Below the pieces are notes generated by a model. That model saw nothing but the letters and a program-made list of their open reading frames with translations, searched no databases and was not told the DNA's origin. The position numbers and the translations under genes are program-made. Positions 39,787-50,039 of a DNA stretch of 64,000 bases are shown piece after piece (position 1 is the first letter of the stretch; each line of letters starts with the position of its first letter). The DNA lies in the sequence record NC_070882.1; one strand, 5' to 3'.

Positions 39787-40242
39787 ATGGACATTAATCC
39801 AATTAATTGCTGGAACTTTGTTGAATCACCAAACCAGCTTCTGATCACTGATTACCCTGAGCAGTTTAGTTATGACGGCTACACAATGGCCGTTAACAAG
39901 ATCGATGTTTCTAAATACGTCGATACTATTCTTATACTTGGTAATCCCTCAGATGAAGGTAGGGAATATGACATCGGTATTGTTTTAAAATACAATAGCG
40001 ATTATGTTTCTGGTACTGCATGTGATATCGTCTTTCCGACAGGTATCATAAGTGGAGGTTGTGTACTCTACGAAGACAGTAATGGTGATTATCATCGTCT
40101 ACGTTCTAATTATCCAAGTCTCACTCCAGATGGCACCTATTATTTTGAATCAGGTGAAGCCATCAGAGTGACATTGTTTATTGATAAGTGGACTAACAAA
40201 TATTACTGGCAATTATCAGAACTGATAGAGCGTCAATACTAA
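39787..40242 (+). CDS. Hypothetical beta-rich protein (about 151 aa)
   Basis: AGGTG RBS before ATG 39787; ends at a terminator. Confidence 0.65.
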   Translation: MDINPINCWNFVESPNQLLITDYPEQFSYDGYTMAVNKIDVSKYVDTILILGNPSDEGREYDIGIVLKYNSDYVSGTACDIVFPTGIISGGCVLYEDSNGDYHRLRSNYPSLTPDGTYYFESGEAIRVTLFIDKWTNKYYWQLSELIERQY

Positions 40243-40246
40243 GAAT

Positions 40247-40273
40247 GTGGCTCGGTTAACCGAGCCACTTTTT
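40247..40273 (+). terminator. Canonical intrinsic terminator
   Basis: GTGGCTCGG-TTAA-CCGAGCCAC-TTTTT. Confidence 0.85.
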
Positions 40274-40318
40274 ACTTTCATTACCAATTACATGACAATT
40301 CAATAGTGAGTATGATAC

Positions 40319-40948
40319 ATGGCCACTAACAATTTAATGGTCCCTCCAATTGGTACAAAGGGACTATACGTTCTTCTACCTCCGTTTGATAAAGTATTGG
40401 AAGCAGCTGAACTTTACGAATGCGGTGCTATCCGCTACTTCGAGGATGTAGAAAATAATGGTCGTTCAGTTTATGACCTTTATTACAAGCCTTGGAAAAT
40501 CAACGAGGCACGCGTCGCGACAGATCGACAGCAAGGTCATGTAATCGTAACGTTGCTGTCACCTAAATTCCCACCTGTTTATGTACCATCGAGCTACATC
40601 AAATCTTATCCTGATCTTAGCTCTAAGCCATACAACCAAGTCATCATGACTCTGTCGCTTGGTGCATTGCCAGATGACGTAATTCTAGATACAGCCGCTA
40701 ATGCTGCTGCGAATGCAGTTAGTGATACGATCGGTGTTAATCCAGAAGTCCACTTTGGCATTATGCCGTTGTCAGATGCTGTAACACCAGCCGTCCACGA
40801 AACACGTGAGGCAGCACGACAAGGTAAGATCAAGAATCGTACGACGGATTATGCTCGTCTACTTGAACTGGAAAATGCCAACTCTATTTTAAAGCAACAG
40901 AACCTTATTCTTGAGAAAATCATCAAGGATAACAACCTGCTGCCTTAA
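40319..40948 (+). CDS. Virion structural protein (209 aa; gp161-like)
   Basis: TATG at 40311; C-terminal coiled coil; synteny. Confidence 0.55.
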   Translation: MATNNLMVPPIGTKGLYVLLPPFDKVLEAAELYECGAIRYFEDVENNGRSVYDLYYKPWKINEARVATDRQQGHVIVTLLSPKFPPVYVPSSYIKSYPDLSSKPYNQVIMTLSLGALPDDVILDTAANAAANAVSDTIGVNPEVHFGIMPLSDAVTPAVHETREAARQGKIKNRTTDYARLLELENANSILKQQNLILEKIIKDNNLLP

Positions 40949-41001
40949 CAACCTTATGTAGTTTAAACTCACGAAATCCCCCGCAATTGTGGAGTATATA
41001 A

Positions 41002-42762
41002 ATGGCCCGCGCTAACCTTTTCGATCTGTGCCGTAGCATCTCTAACGAATCCATTACTGAAGAAGTAGAGAACAAAGCTGCCGGTACTGTCACTGAAGCC
41101 TCCGATCAGAACGTGGATCTGGAAGGCAAGAAAGATCTCGAACCTCAACTGAAGAGTGATGAGGGCGAAAAGCCTGATGCTGATGATGTTGATGCTTCGG
41201 TCACTAACACACAGACTAGTGAACCAGGTCCCACTGAAGGTGGTGGCGATGGTACTGCCGAAACTGTAGATGTGACCAATGTTCATACTTCGGACACCGT
41301 TGAGAATCACGTAACCGCCGTTGACCAAACTGGTCTTGGGGATGTTGGTTCTGCACATGACGAAGTATCGGCTGACGATGATAACGTCGCTACCACTACT
41401 TCTGTAGAAGAACACACTGATGGTCTCGATACCATCGAATCTGGTGAAACTGAATCCGTTGGCGAAGCTGACGACATGGTGCAGGACATCGATGAAGCTG
41501 TTGAAGCTCTTACTGCCGATGGCCTTACATCTGCTACTGATGCCAAAGGTGCCGTTGTAAACGAGATTGCTTCGGATATGGGCGACATTGAAAACGCCAA
41601 AGCTTCCGTTGAGCGTTATCTTGGTATCCTGCGTGGCATGCGTGAAAACGGCTATGAAGTTACTAACGAGCTGGCTGAGTCGATGCGTGTCGGTCTGGAA
41701 ATGATTGATCCTGATTTCTTCTCTGATACCGTGGTATCCGTTGAAGAACTTGACGACAGCGATAAGCATACTTCTGCTCGTGATGCTACTGAAAGCAAAC
41801 TCACTGCTAAGATGAAGTCTTTGCTGGAAGCAGCCCGTAATGTTCTGATGCGTATCTTCAACGCATTGATGGACTTCTGGCGCTCCTTTACTCAAGATGC
41901 TACCAAACTGAAAGAACGTCTGCGTACTCTCCGTAGTAAAGTAGGTACTCTTGATGGTGGTAAGCAGATTAAGATTGGTGGTCTGCAACGTCTGTCCATT
42001 GGTAAAGAATTCGTTGGCGATAGTCCTGAAGCTATTAAGCGTGTTGAGAATACCGCTGATATCGTTCTCATCAACTGGCCGAGCAAACTTGCCGAAATTC
42101 TGAAGAAGTTTGATGATAAATCTACTTACTACTTCGGCGTTCAAAGCGGTCTCGCTCCTGAAATGCTCGATGCGATCGATGACATCCTGTCTAACTCCTT
42201 CCGTGGATTCAAGAACGTTAATTCCAACGAGAAAGATAAAGTTCCGAGTGGTATGTTGAATAGCACCTCGGTTCATATGTCCGAAGTTCTTCCGGGTAAC
42301 CGTGCAATGTTCGTTGGTGTGAACACCGATTACGCAGCCGATAAGACTTTCAACTTCAACAACGCTATCAATATCAACTTCTCGGTTATTCCGGGCGGCG
42401 ATAGCTATGGTGGTGCCGATACCATCAAAACGATGTCTGCTGGTGAAGCAGTTTCTGTTATTCGCGCTACCGAGCAACTGATCAATAAAGTTGAAGCAGC
42501 TGTTGAAGGTCGTAGCAAGCTGAATGAACTCGCCCAACGGGTTAACCAGAAAGGATCTAGCTTCCTGTTTGGTGCACTGATGACCGGTGATGAGAACTCG
42601 GCTATTTCCAGTCTGCTTGCCATTACTCTGGCTCGTCAAACTGCTAATGCTAACCATCTGTTTACAGGTTATTGCCTGAACCTTGTTAAAGCTGAAATCG
42701 CTGTTATTGAAGCCATGCTGAAAGCTGAACATGGTGATGTTATCGAAGGCGAGAAAGCCTAA
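41002..42762 (+). CDS. Internal head protein, gp93/gp162 paralog family (586 aa)
   Basis: Long acidic propeptide with many S/A/G-x-E sites; strong codon bias; TATG at 40955. Confidence 0.7.
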   Translation: MARANLFDLCRSISNESITEEVENKAAGTVTEASDQNVDLEGKKDLEPQLKSDEGEKPDADDVDASVTNTQTSEPGPTEGGGDGTAETVDVTNVHTSDTVENHVTAVDQTGLGDVGSAHDEVSADDDNVATTTSVEEHTDGLDTIESGETESVGEADDMVQDIDEAVEALTADGLTSATDAKGAVVNEIASDMGDIENAKASVERYLGILRGMRENGYEVTNELAESMRVGLEMIDPDFFSDTVVSVEELDDSDKHTSARDATESKLTAKMKSLLEAARNVLMRIFNALMDFWRSFTQDATKLKERLRTLRSKVGTLDGGKQIKIGGLQRLSIGKEFVGDSPEAIKRVENTADIVLINWPSKLAEILKKFDDKSTYYFGVQSGLAPEMLDAIDDILSNSFRGFKNVNSNEKDKVPSGMLNSTSVHMSEVLPGNRAMFVGVNTDYAADKTFNFNNAININFSVIPGGDSYGGADTIKTMSAGEAVSVIRATEQLINKVEAAVEGRSKLNELAQRVNQKGSSFLFGALMTGDENSAISSLLAITLARQTANANHLFTGYCLNLVKAEIAVIEAMLKAEHGDVIEGEKA

Positions 42763-42772
42763 GGGTGAAAGC

Positions 42773-43957
42773 ATGTCCTATCTGGCACAATGGAATGAAG
42801 TATCTGAAGACCTGAGTAAGATTCAGCGTCTTGGTTCTTCTCTAGAACGCTACCGCGATCTGCTAGCTGGACGTGACGTTGTAACAGGGGCTACTGCTGA
42901 TGTTATCTCGGTAGCCCTTGAGAGTATTGACCCTGACTTTGATATCAAAGAAGGTTCTAAAATTACTCTGAGAGCAATCAAAGAAGGCATTATCGCGGCG
43001 GCGAAAGCCACCCGCGATATTGTCCGCTACATCTGGGAATTGCTTAACTCTTTCTACGTCAAATTCACCGGTAGCATTCGTCGTGTTCGTCGCACACAAG
43101 AAAGCATTAGTCGACGCTTGGGTAAACTAGGCTCGGCAACTACTTACCAGAAAATGTCTGTAGCTGGTGTACAACGTCTATCTATTGATGGTAACTTCGT
43201 GGGGTTAGACCTTAACCACTTGAACGACATCAAAGATCTAACCAACTACATTCTCAACCATTATCCTAAATCGGTTGCAAAGATCGCACGGAACAGTTCT
43301 CGACAGTTCCTGAATATCTTGGATAAATCTAAGGATGCTAGCTCTAATGAAGTAGCTGGTGAGGTTGTAGAAGCATTTGCAAATATCCTCCAACGTGATT
43401 TTACCCCTCCGCCTGGTCATGCCCCTCTCCAACAGAGAGAACTGACTACTGCGGAAAAAGGTGTCCATCGTTCGGTTGTCCTACCTGGCAACGTAGCGTT
43501 CATCTATACACCACCTGACGTTATCAGTCAGATGTTGAATAATAGTAAAGTCGCTAATGAGGATGTTGTAAGACGTTCGTTTACAATGCAGTTCGCTGAG
43601 CTACAGCTAAATGTAGCTGACCGTTCTGAACGTGAGATTGATGTACCTTCTGTCCGTACTCTTAGTGAGATCACACAGTTGATCTCCAGCATCCTTTCTC
43701 TAGCAGAGAAAGCTGAAACGGGTCAGCGGGACTTCTCCACGGTCAAAGTAGTTGTAGACGACGCTATTCGACAGATCGCTGAAGCGGGTGAAGAGGCAGG
43801 TAAATCCTATAATTCTGTTCTCTCTATTATCGGCGAGATTTCGAAGAAGTTAGCTGAACCAATGGGTTTCTATACTCACTGGCTGGCTGTATCGCTTAAT
43901 GTGTATTTGACTTTCATTAGTCATTGCATCAAGCATTACGAAGCTGAAGGCGTATAA
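42773..43957 (+). CDS. Internal head protein paralog (about 394 aa; gp163-like)
   Basis: Shares GxQRLSIxxxFVG and SVxPGNxA motifs with 41002; VALE-SI site. Confidence 0.7.
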   Translation: MSYLAQWNEVSEDLSKIQRLGSSLERYRDLLAGRDVVTGATADVISVALESIDPDFDIKEGSKITLRAIKEGIIAAAKATRDIVRYIWELLNSFYVKFTGSIRRVRRTQESISRRLGKLGSATTYQKMSVAGVQRLSIDGNFVGLDLNHLNDIKDLTNYILNHYPKSVAKIARNSSRQFLNILDKSKDASSNEVAGEVVEAFANILQRDFTPPPGHAPLQQRELTTAEKGVHRSVVLPGNVAFIYTPPDVISQMLNNSKVANEDVVRRSFTMQFAELQLNVADRSEREIDVPSVRTLSEITQLISSILSLAEKAETGQRDFSTVKVVVDDAIRQIAEAGEEAGKSYNSVLSIIGEISKKLAEPMGFYTHWLAVSLNVYLTFISHCIKHYEAEGV

Positions 43958-43960
43958 CGG

Positions 43961-43994
43961 CATATCGCCCCTACCATTCGGTAGGGGCTTTATG
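43961..43994. terminator. CATA..TATG element between convergent genes
   Basis: CATA-TC-GCCCCTACC-ATTC-GGTAGGGGC-TT-TATG. Confidence 0.8.
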
Positions 43995-43997
43995 TTG

Positions 43998-44264
43998 TCA
44001 ACCGCTACTAGTCGCATCGGGTCTACCGGTTGCAGTATGACCACAGCTAGCGGACATTCCTTGCAGAACAATTGGCACGCCTTTAATAAAAGCTTTCGTT
44101 GAAGCTTGTACCATGTTTGCGCTGTTATGTGGGGATCGCCCATGACCATCTACGGGATCACCTAATACAGCAATTGGATTACCTTTATAGAAGCCAGTTG
44201 AATTACCACTTGGTCTTATTGTTCCACCAGCAGAATCTATATTACAAACAGCTATACCAGGCAT
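43998..44264 (-). CDS. PAAR-repeat spike-tip protein (88 aa)
   Basis: [23 protein letters not shown] and SCGH metal site; TAATG overlap with the spike gene. Confidence 0.88.
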   Translation of the reverse strand: MPGIAVCNIDSAGGTIRPSGNSTGFYKGNPIAVLGDPVDGHGRSPHNSANMVQASTKAFIKGVPIVLQGMSASCGHTATGRPDATSSG

Positions 44265-45073
44265 TAGACAATATCCCATCTTCCAGTTTGTTCGATAATG
44301 TGACCCGCCACAGTTGTATGTGTCCCACTACTCGTTAGTGTAGTATTAGACGTATTACTGTTAATCGAATCTGGTCGCAGCTCAAGAGTTGTTCCGCCCA
44401 CGGTCATTTTGATATGATCATCCGCAGACATTTCGATCCATTGCCGTTCTACCTTAACAAAAGAGTTGTCCGAGTTTATTAATTGTACACGTCGTTCAGT
44501 TGAATCAAGTTCTATAAGCTGACCAACATCGTCTTTAATATAGACTGCGCCATAATCAGTATTGATTTGGAATGTGTATGCGAAAGGTTCTCCATTTGCT
44601 TTAGATGTACCGATTGTCCAGTGTTTGTCATGTGCTGATATAGCCATGAAATAACACGTGCTAAAATCGATACCACCACCACCAGGTTTGGGCGAAGCAT
44701 TCCATGCAAATACAACGGATTCTAATGTACGGAGATTGTTACGAAGACCCATACACCGCCAATAGTACTGATCGGTGTCTCCCATCCGCCAAATCTCTAC
44801 GATCTCGTTACGACGTACATCTGGTGGAGTAACACGGTTGTCTTCGTTCGGTAGCCATTCACAGTTAGTCGTTCTAGTTGTAGTAGCTTTAACATTATAC
44901 TGATTACCCTCGGCATCGAAACCTTGTAGTGTTTCCTGCAATGGGTCAAACGTTACTTCACCATCAGTACCAGTGGCAAGCTCTACAGGTAAAACGTCCA
45001 CATGTCTTGAAGAACGTTCTTTGTTTGCAGCTACTCTACCAATACTTACTAATTTGAAAATTGAAGCTTCCAT
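44264..45073 (-). CDS. Baseplate central spike (gp5/VgrG-like; gp164-like)
   Basis: OB-fold-like N-terminus ([14 protein letters not shown]), beta-helical C-terminus; coupled to PAAR. Confidence 0.8.
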   Translation of the reverse strand: MEASIFKLVSIGRVAANKERSSRHVDVLPVELATGTDGEVTFDPLQETLQGFDAEGNQYNVKATTTRTTNCEWLPNEDNRVTPPDVRRNEIVEIWRMGDTDQYYWRCMGLRNNLRTLESVVFAWNASPKPGGGGIDFSTCYFMAISAHDKHWTIGTSKANGEPFAYTFQINTDYGAVYIKDDVGQLIELDSTERRVQLINSDNSFVKVERQWIEMSADDHIKMTVGGTTLELRPDSINSNTSNTTLTSSGTHTTVAGHIIEQTGRWDIV

Positions 45074-45141
45074 ATGTTCCTCTGAATAATTACTGGTAAC
45101 CTTAGTTCTATAGGGTAACGTACGATTTTAAGGGCTTACCA

Positions 45142-47634
45142 ATGCAAATCACTCTACTGCGTTTGAAAAAATTCAAACGACTTATGACGGCAAATATCCA
45201 ATTCTTCGAATGTACTCCCACTAAGAACATGATGATTATACTCGGTTCTAATGGTTCGGGTAAATCGTCAGTTATGGATGAACTAACTCCATTGCCATCT
45301 CGACATACAAACTTTGACAAAGATGGTTTTAAAGAATTCCATTGCTACCATAATGGAAGCCTTTATGTACTTCATTCGGTATATGGTCATGGTACTGGTC
45401 GTCACTCTTTCAAACGGGATAATGAAGAGTTGAATAGCGGCGGTACATATAAAATCCAAGAAGAACTCTGTCTACAAGAGTTTGGACTTACGCGTGAAAT
45501 CCATGAGATTGCAACTGGTCGAGTTAAATTTACCGCTATGTCTACAGCAAAGCGCCGCGAGATTCTTACGCGGATGTCAACTGTTGATTTGACTTATGCG
45601 TTAGATGTATACAGAGACATTAAACAGGAACATCGCAGTCAGAAAGGTGTCATCGATCTAATCACAAAACGCCTAGTCACTGAAAATCACGATATCTTTA
45701 GTGATAGTGAAATGACACTGATGCGTGAAGAGACCTCTCGTCTTACTAAGCGATTGAATAAACTCTTCCAAGAAAAGCAAAATGATGTTCGACCTGCTTT
45801 CCAGAATGTGCAACAAGCTGAAAACGAACTCGAATCTATTCTGAATGATGCACGCGCCTGCCTACGTGATTATCCAATGTTACCGGCCGCTATTCGTGTA
45901 GCTAACCATGGAGAATTCCAGGCAGAATTCAATCGGGTATCGGAGCAATACTCTTCGATCAATGCAGTGATTAATCGTCTTGCAGAAGAACTAGAAAAGC
46001 TTCGTACTAACTCTCCATCGGCGATTGAAATATCGGAAGATGATGTTAATGCATTGAAACAACAGCATGCTGCGAATCTGGCGAATGTTGAATCGTGTAT
46101 TAACTCGATGAAAACTTATACTGGTCAATTTCCAATTATTAAGTTTAATACAGCCGGTGCTGATCCTATTTGTAAGTTGGATGGAATGTTCGACCGATGG
46201 TTTGATCTGTTAACTAGTTTCCCTGATAACGGTGACGGTTGGATGAATCGGGAAGAAGCAACCAAACGACAGAACCGTCAGAAAGAACTTAGGAATATTT
46301 ACGCACAAGTCTCAGATAAAATCGAGCAGGCTAATTCCAGGTTGTCGCGTTTGAAAGGTTGTGAATCTGTGGTATGTCCATCTTGTACCCATGAATTTAA
46401 ACCTGGCGTAGATCCATCTGAAACGGATATGCTTGAAGCTTCTAAAGTTAAACTCCACGAAGCTATCGATCGTATCGAAGCAGAACAAAAAGAGAACGAA
46501 GAATATCTTGAGAAATTCCAGGACTATTCAAGTTATGTTTTCCAGTACATGTCTTTGACAAAAGACTACCCAGAGTTTAATGAACTGTGGGATTATTGTG
46601 CAACTAACATGACAATGTATCGGACTCCTGCATTGCATAAGACTGATGCTTTGCAATGGCATACAGCCATGCGGAGTTATGTCAAATCCCGTACTGAACT
46701 AGAGCTTGCTACTAATATCGAGAAACGTCTTAAAGTTATCGCTGAGATAGACCAAGATGCAATCGGTTATATGAAACGCCGCGCCGAAGAATTGGAAACT
46801 GAAATTAACATCATGTATGTTAAAGCTTCAGATATCAATCAGTATATGCAAGATCTACGGTCCGGTGAACAATCTATTCTACGTAACAATAAACGTATCC
46901 ATGATGTCCTGGACCGTTATGAAATGTGGAAAGATAAAGTAGAGCGTCATTCGGAGTATTTGCTTGATAGAGCCTATACCGAAGAGATAGGAACCATCCA
47001 GGTAAAACTCGCTGAAACAACGCGACAGCTCACACAGATGGAACAACGTGAAACGACCATACGTACGCTTGAAAACGAAGTAACAAATGCTACTGAAGTA
47101 CATAGCGATCTTGGTATTCTAATTAAGTCGTTATCTCCAAACGGCGGATTGTTGGGTCGATATATGCTTGGCTTCTTGCAGGGTGTTACTTACATTGTCA
47201 ATGCATTCATTGACGAGGTGTGGACATACCCAATGGAAGTACTACCTTCTAAAGTTGAAAAGGAGGAGTTAGACTACAACTTCCCTCTCAAAGTAGCAGG
47301 TGGTCAAGTAATGGCACCTGACATTTCGTATGGTTCCGATAGTCAATTGGAAATCGTTAACTTTGCATTCAAGATGGCTATTCTGAAGTTCCTCGGTCTT
47401 GAAGACATGCCATTGTATCTTGATGAATTTGGTCGTACGTTTGATGAACAACACCGCGCAAACTTAATCCCGTTTATCTCTCGTCTTATCGAGAACGGTC
47501 AATTTAAACAAGTGTTCTTTATCAGCCACTTCCAGTCTACTCATGGTGCTTTCAATAATGCAGAAGTAGTTGTTATTAACCCAACTAATATCACCGTACC
47601 TGAAGCTTATAACAAGAACGTAGTTATCAAGTGA
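45142..47634 (+). CDS. sbcC: SbcC/Rad50-like SMC ATPase (830 aa)
   Basis: Walker A GSNGSGKSS, coiled coils, zinc hook CPSC, signature SYGSDSQ, Walker B LYLDE, FISH loop. Confidence 0.9.
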   Translation: MQITLLRLKKFKRLMTANIQFFECTPTKNMMIILGSNGSGKSSVMDELTPLPSRHTNFDKDGFKEFHCYHNGSLYVLHSVYGHGTGRHSFKRDNEELNSGGTYKIQEELCLQEFGLTREIHEIATGRVKFTAMSTAKRREILTRMSTVDLTYALDVYRDIKQEHRSQKGVIDLITKRLVTENHDIFSDSEMTLMREETSRLTKRLNKLFQEKQNDVRPAFQNVQQAENELESILNDARACLRDYPMLPAAIRVANHGEFQAEFNRVSEQYSSINAVINRLAEELEKLRTNSPSAIEISEDDVNALKQQHAANLANVESCINSMKTYTGQFPIIKFNTAGADPICKLDGMFDRWFDLLTSFPDNGDGWMNREEATKRQNRQKELRNIYAQVSDKIEQANSRLSRLKGCESVVCPSCTHEFKPGVDPSETDMLEASKVKLHEAIDRIEAEQKENEEYLEKFQDYSSYVFQYMSLTKDYPEFNELWDYCATNMTMYRTPALHKTDALQWHTAMRSYVKSRTELELATNIEKRLKVIAEIDQDAIGYMKRRAEELETEINIMYVKASDINQYMQDLRSGEQSILRNNKRIHDVLDRYEMWKDKVERHSEYLLDRAYTEEIGTIQVKLAETTRQLTQMEQRETTIRTLENEVTNATEVHSDLGILIKSLSPNGGLLGRYMLGFLQGVTYIVNAFIDEVWTYPMEVLPSKVEKEELDYNFPLKVAGGQVMAPDISYGSDSQLEIVNFAFKMAILKFLGLEDMPLYLDEFGRTFDEQHRANLIPFISRLIENGQFKQVFFISHFQSTHGAFNNAEVVVINPTNITVPEAYNKNVVIK

Positions 47635-47664
47635 GTACAAGGTAATCTGTTTGGAGTCTATCAA

Positions 47665-48009
47665 ATGACCGAAAAAGAGAGAGTAGAGTTGCTGGAGATT
47701 ATCTTCGATAACTTCTATTACCTACTTATACCACATTACCGACATGATCTTTCAGCCATCACTGGTCGGTTTGAATATGTGTTTAAAGAGCAAGCGAGAT
47801 TATTGTTGGGGGATCTACGTATAGAAGTACCTCATATTAGGTCTAAAACGCTCTTTACGGTGGCGATCAATGAAACACGTGTCCTTGTAGTAGAATGGGA
47901 AGAAGGTGTTAAGGTGGAGCTCCTAGAAGGTTTAAATGGACAACTCTGGCGCTCCCTGTTGAAGGCTATAGTTGGTAGTTCATCGTACGTCCTAAGAGCA
48001 TCATGCTAA
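47665..48009 (+). CDS. Hypothetical protein (114 aa)
   Basis: GGAG RBS; ends before a terminator. Confidence 0.65.
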   Translation: MTEKERVELLEIIFDNFYYLLIPHYRHDLSAITGRFEYVFKEQARLLLGDLRIEVPHIRSKTLFTVAINETRVLVVEWEEGVKVELLEGLNGQLWRSLLKAIVGSSSYVLRASC

Positions 48010-48016
48010 TATAAAA

Positions 48017-48040
48017 GCCTCCCTTCGGGGAGGCTTTATG
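48017..48040 (+). terminator. Hairpin element (TATG side only)
   Basis: GCCTCCC-TTCG-GGGAGGC-TT-TATG. Confidence 0.75.
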
Positions 48041-48069
48041 TTATCTTACATTTAAAGCATTTTAAACCC

Positions 48070-48077
48070 TATATTAC
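48070..48077 (+). promoter_or_regulatory. Early (virion RNAP) promoter TATATTAC
   Basis: Exact phiKZ early-promoter core, AT-rich upstream, 37 nt before the 48115 start. Confidence 0.75.
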
Positions 48078-48114
48078 AAATGTGATAAAACTACCTATGT
48101 AAAAGGAAATTACC

Positions 48115-48426
48115 ATGAATATTCAAACCAATGTACTCCTTGAGTGTGGTTACCGTGATGGTGACAAAAACAAATCGATAGCAATCTATCGCTTCGAGCA
48201 GACTCTTCCAGGACGAGACCTTTCTTATTTTGCAGTAAGTAGTATCGATCCTAAAGAAGACCTCGATAAGTTCTTGGTATATGCCAAGTTCTTTAACACT
48301 CGCTCCGTTTCAACTGCATACTTGCACGCGTTCATGAAATATGATTCTGGTCAGGATTTCACTGAACAAGATTATCATGACATGAATGTAGGTAAGTGCT
48401 ACGAAGAGCTTCTCGCTGACGTTTAA
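48115..48426 (+). CDS. Early hypothetical protein (103 aa)
   Basis: AAGGA RBS; first gene after the early promoter. Confidence 0.75.
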   Translation: MNIQTNVLLECGYRDGDKNKSIAIYRFEQTLPGRDLSYFAVSSIDPKEDLDKFLVYAKFFNTRSVSTAYLHAFMKYDSGQDFTEQDYHDMNVGKCYEELLADV

Positions 48427-48441
48427 CGTCAAGGACTAGTC

Positions 48442-48798
48442 ATGTTTAACGTAGACAGTATCAATCGGTTAGCTAAGCGTATACGCCTTATTAAAGGGTG
48501 TCCCGCTCGGATGTTTGTTACACTGAGATCAGAGCATGGGCATTACTATGATCTTGATATCAGTGGTGACGCTTTCATCTTTGTAATGCGTAATGGCCGA
48601 CCAGATGCTACTGTTTACGGTCATTATAAAGAGGATGTTGGTGGGTACATCCAATTGACTCAATGGACATGTACGCTGACTGACGACGAAGTTGGAGACC
48701 TTCTCCACACAATAGATCGTACTATCGCACTGCATACAGAATGCAATTACATTGTACTTGCTAACAAACATCTTTTTAAGGATACATTTCATGTTTAA
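48442..48798 (+). CDS. Early hypothetical protein (118 aa)
   Basis: AAGGA RBS. Confidence 0.7.
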   Translation: MFNVDSINRLAKRIRLIKGCPARMFVTLRSEHGHYYDLDISGDAFIFVMRNGRPDATVYGHYKEDVGGYIQLTQWTCTLTDDEVGDLLHTIDRTIALHTECNYIVLANKHLFKDTFHV

Positions 48799-49486
48799 CA
48801 AAGATCTCTCGCGTGACGTAGCAATTGGTGTAACGTACTCCATCGATTTCCTTTGCCAGGTTTATGGCGTCAAGAATTCGCTGGATATGATTTCTTCTGA
48901 AGGTTCAAACCAGTCTCTTATCGATATCGCGCACGTACCTATGTTCCACCGTAGGGTTCCGATGAACCTGGTTCGATCGGCTTCCAACTCCACTGGTTGG
49001 AAATATCATGAACGTGATACCAATGAAGAGACCTGGAAAATGATGGACCTTACGGATGAAAAATTCCGTGAGTTCGTAATTCCTCTGGATGCTTATAATA
49101 AGATCCTGAAGTCCACTCCACCGACTGGCGTATGGGCAGCTGTATCGGGCCTATTCAATTCCATGTCGGCTTCCGAAGCATGCGATATTCTTTTCGGTAA
49201 AGCTACTTACGGTGAAGCCTTTGCTGTCTCAGAGGAACGTCGTCGTAAAGAGGCCGAGGAAGCCGCCAAAAAGGCTGTATATCGCACGATAGTGAAAGAG
49301 CTGCATCGTCAGGTCTCTGAGACCCAAAACGTCATAGACGCCATGGAGCGCTCCTCTTTCATTGAACGCTTGCTTCGCACTGGTGAATACGGTGACGTCT
49401 ACCGTATTGTTTTCATCGATCTGTACACTCAACACTTCGGTACTCCCCCGCGGGATAACGAGTGGAAAGGTACGGCACTTTTCTAA
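48791..49486 (+). CDS. Early hypothetical protein (about 231 aa)
   Basis: AAGGA RBS before ATG 48791; charged coiled segment ERRRKEAEEAAKK. Confidence 0.75.
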   Translation: MFNKDLSRDVAIGVTYSIDFLCQVYGVKNSLDMISSEGSNQSLIDIAHVPMFHRRVPMNLVRSASNSTGWKYHERDTNEETWKMMDLTDEKFREFVIPLDAYNKILKSTPPTGVWAAVSGLFNSMSASEACDILFGKATYGEAFAVSEERRRKEAEEAAKKAVYRTIVKELHRQVSETQNVIDAMERSSFIERLLRTGEYGDVYRIVFIDLYTQHFGTPPRDNEWKGTALF

Positions 49487-49522
49487 TCAACATAAATTCA
49501 ACCCCAACGAAAGGAATATACA

Positions 49523-49915
49523 ATGACTACTCTTGCTCAGAAATACGCTGGCCACCTCGTTAACCTGACCGCGACGGCTGGTAATCTGGCTACCCTCACT
49601 CGCGATATCCTGAACAACGCCGACAACCGTTCGTTCATGGATGATGTTCGTGAAGCGTCCGATATGTCTCTGTCTCACCTGCAACAGCTCGTGGAGATGG
49701 ACATGAAGACGATTGAACGTAACATGGCTCTTCTCAAGGCTGCTCTGTACGTCCAAGACGTAGAGCTGGCCAACGGTAAGGGCGACTGGCGTGAGGTTGC
49801 CGATACCGAACACACCATCAAAGCGGTGGTGGCGCTTCGTCGCAATATCCCCGAACTGTCCGTATCGGAAGCGAAGGCGGTCGTCGAAGGTTACAAAGCT
49901 GGTATCTTCAAGTAA
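49523..49915 (+). CDS. Early protein with C-terminal ribosomal bL12(L7/L12)-like motif (130 aa)
   Basis: TIKAVVALRRNIPELSVSEAKAVVEG resembles bL12 [25 protein letters not shown]. Confidence 0.55.
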   Translation: MTTLAQKYAGHLVNLTATAGNLATLTRDILNNADNRSFMDDVREASDMSLSHLQQLVEMDMKTIERNMALLKAALYVQDVELANGKGDWREVADTEHTIKAVVALRRNIPELSVSEAKAVVEGYKAGIFK

Positions 49916-49927
49916 GTTGTAAATAGG

Positions 49928-49960
49928 CATATGCCCTCTCCTTCGGGAGAGGGCTTTATG
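49928..49960. terminator. CATA..TATG element
   Basis: CATA-T-GCCCTCTCC-TTCG-GGAGAGGGC-TT-TATG. Confidence 0.8.
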
Positions 49961-49982
49961 TCAATAAAATTTTTTTCAGATC

Positions 49983-49990
49983 TATATTAC
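49983..49990 (+). promoter_or_regulatory. Early promoter TATATTAC
   Basis: Exact core 22 nt downstream of the hairpin element, AT-rich upstream. Confidence 0.75.
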
Positions 49991-50039
49991 CTAATTGAGC
50001 CGTATCTAAGGATACCGTTCGTTTAAAGAGGTGACTAAC

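Noticed and set aside
40969-42774. 601-aa antisense ORF
   Set aside because: Exactly in codon register opposite the head protein 41002..42762; it stays open because that gene avoids TTA/CTA/TCA codons. The translation is Phe/Ser-rich with no RBS or motif.
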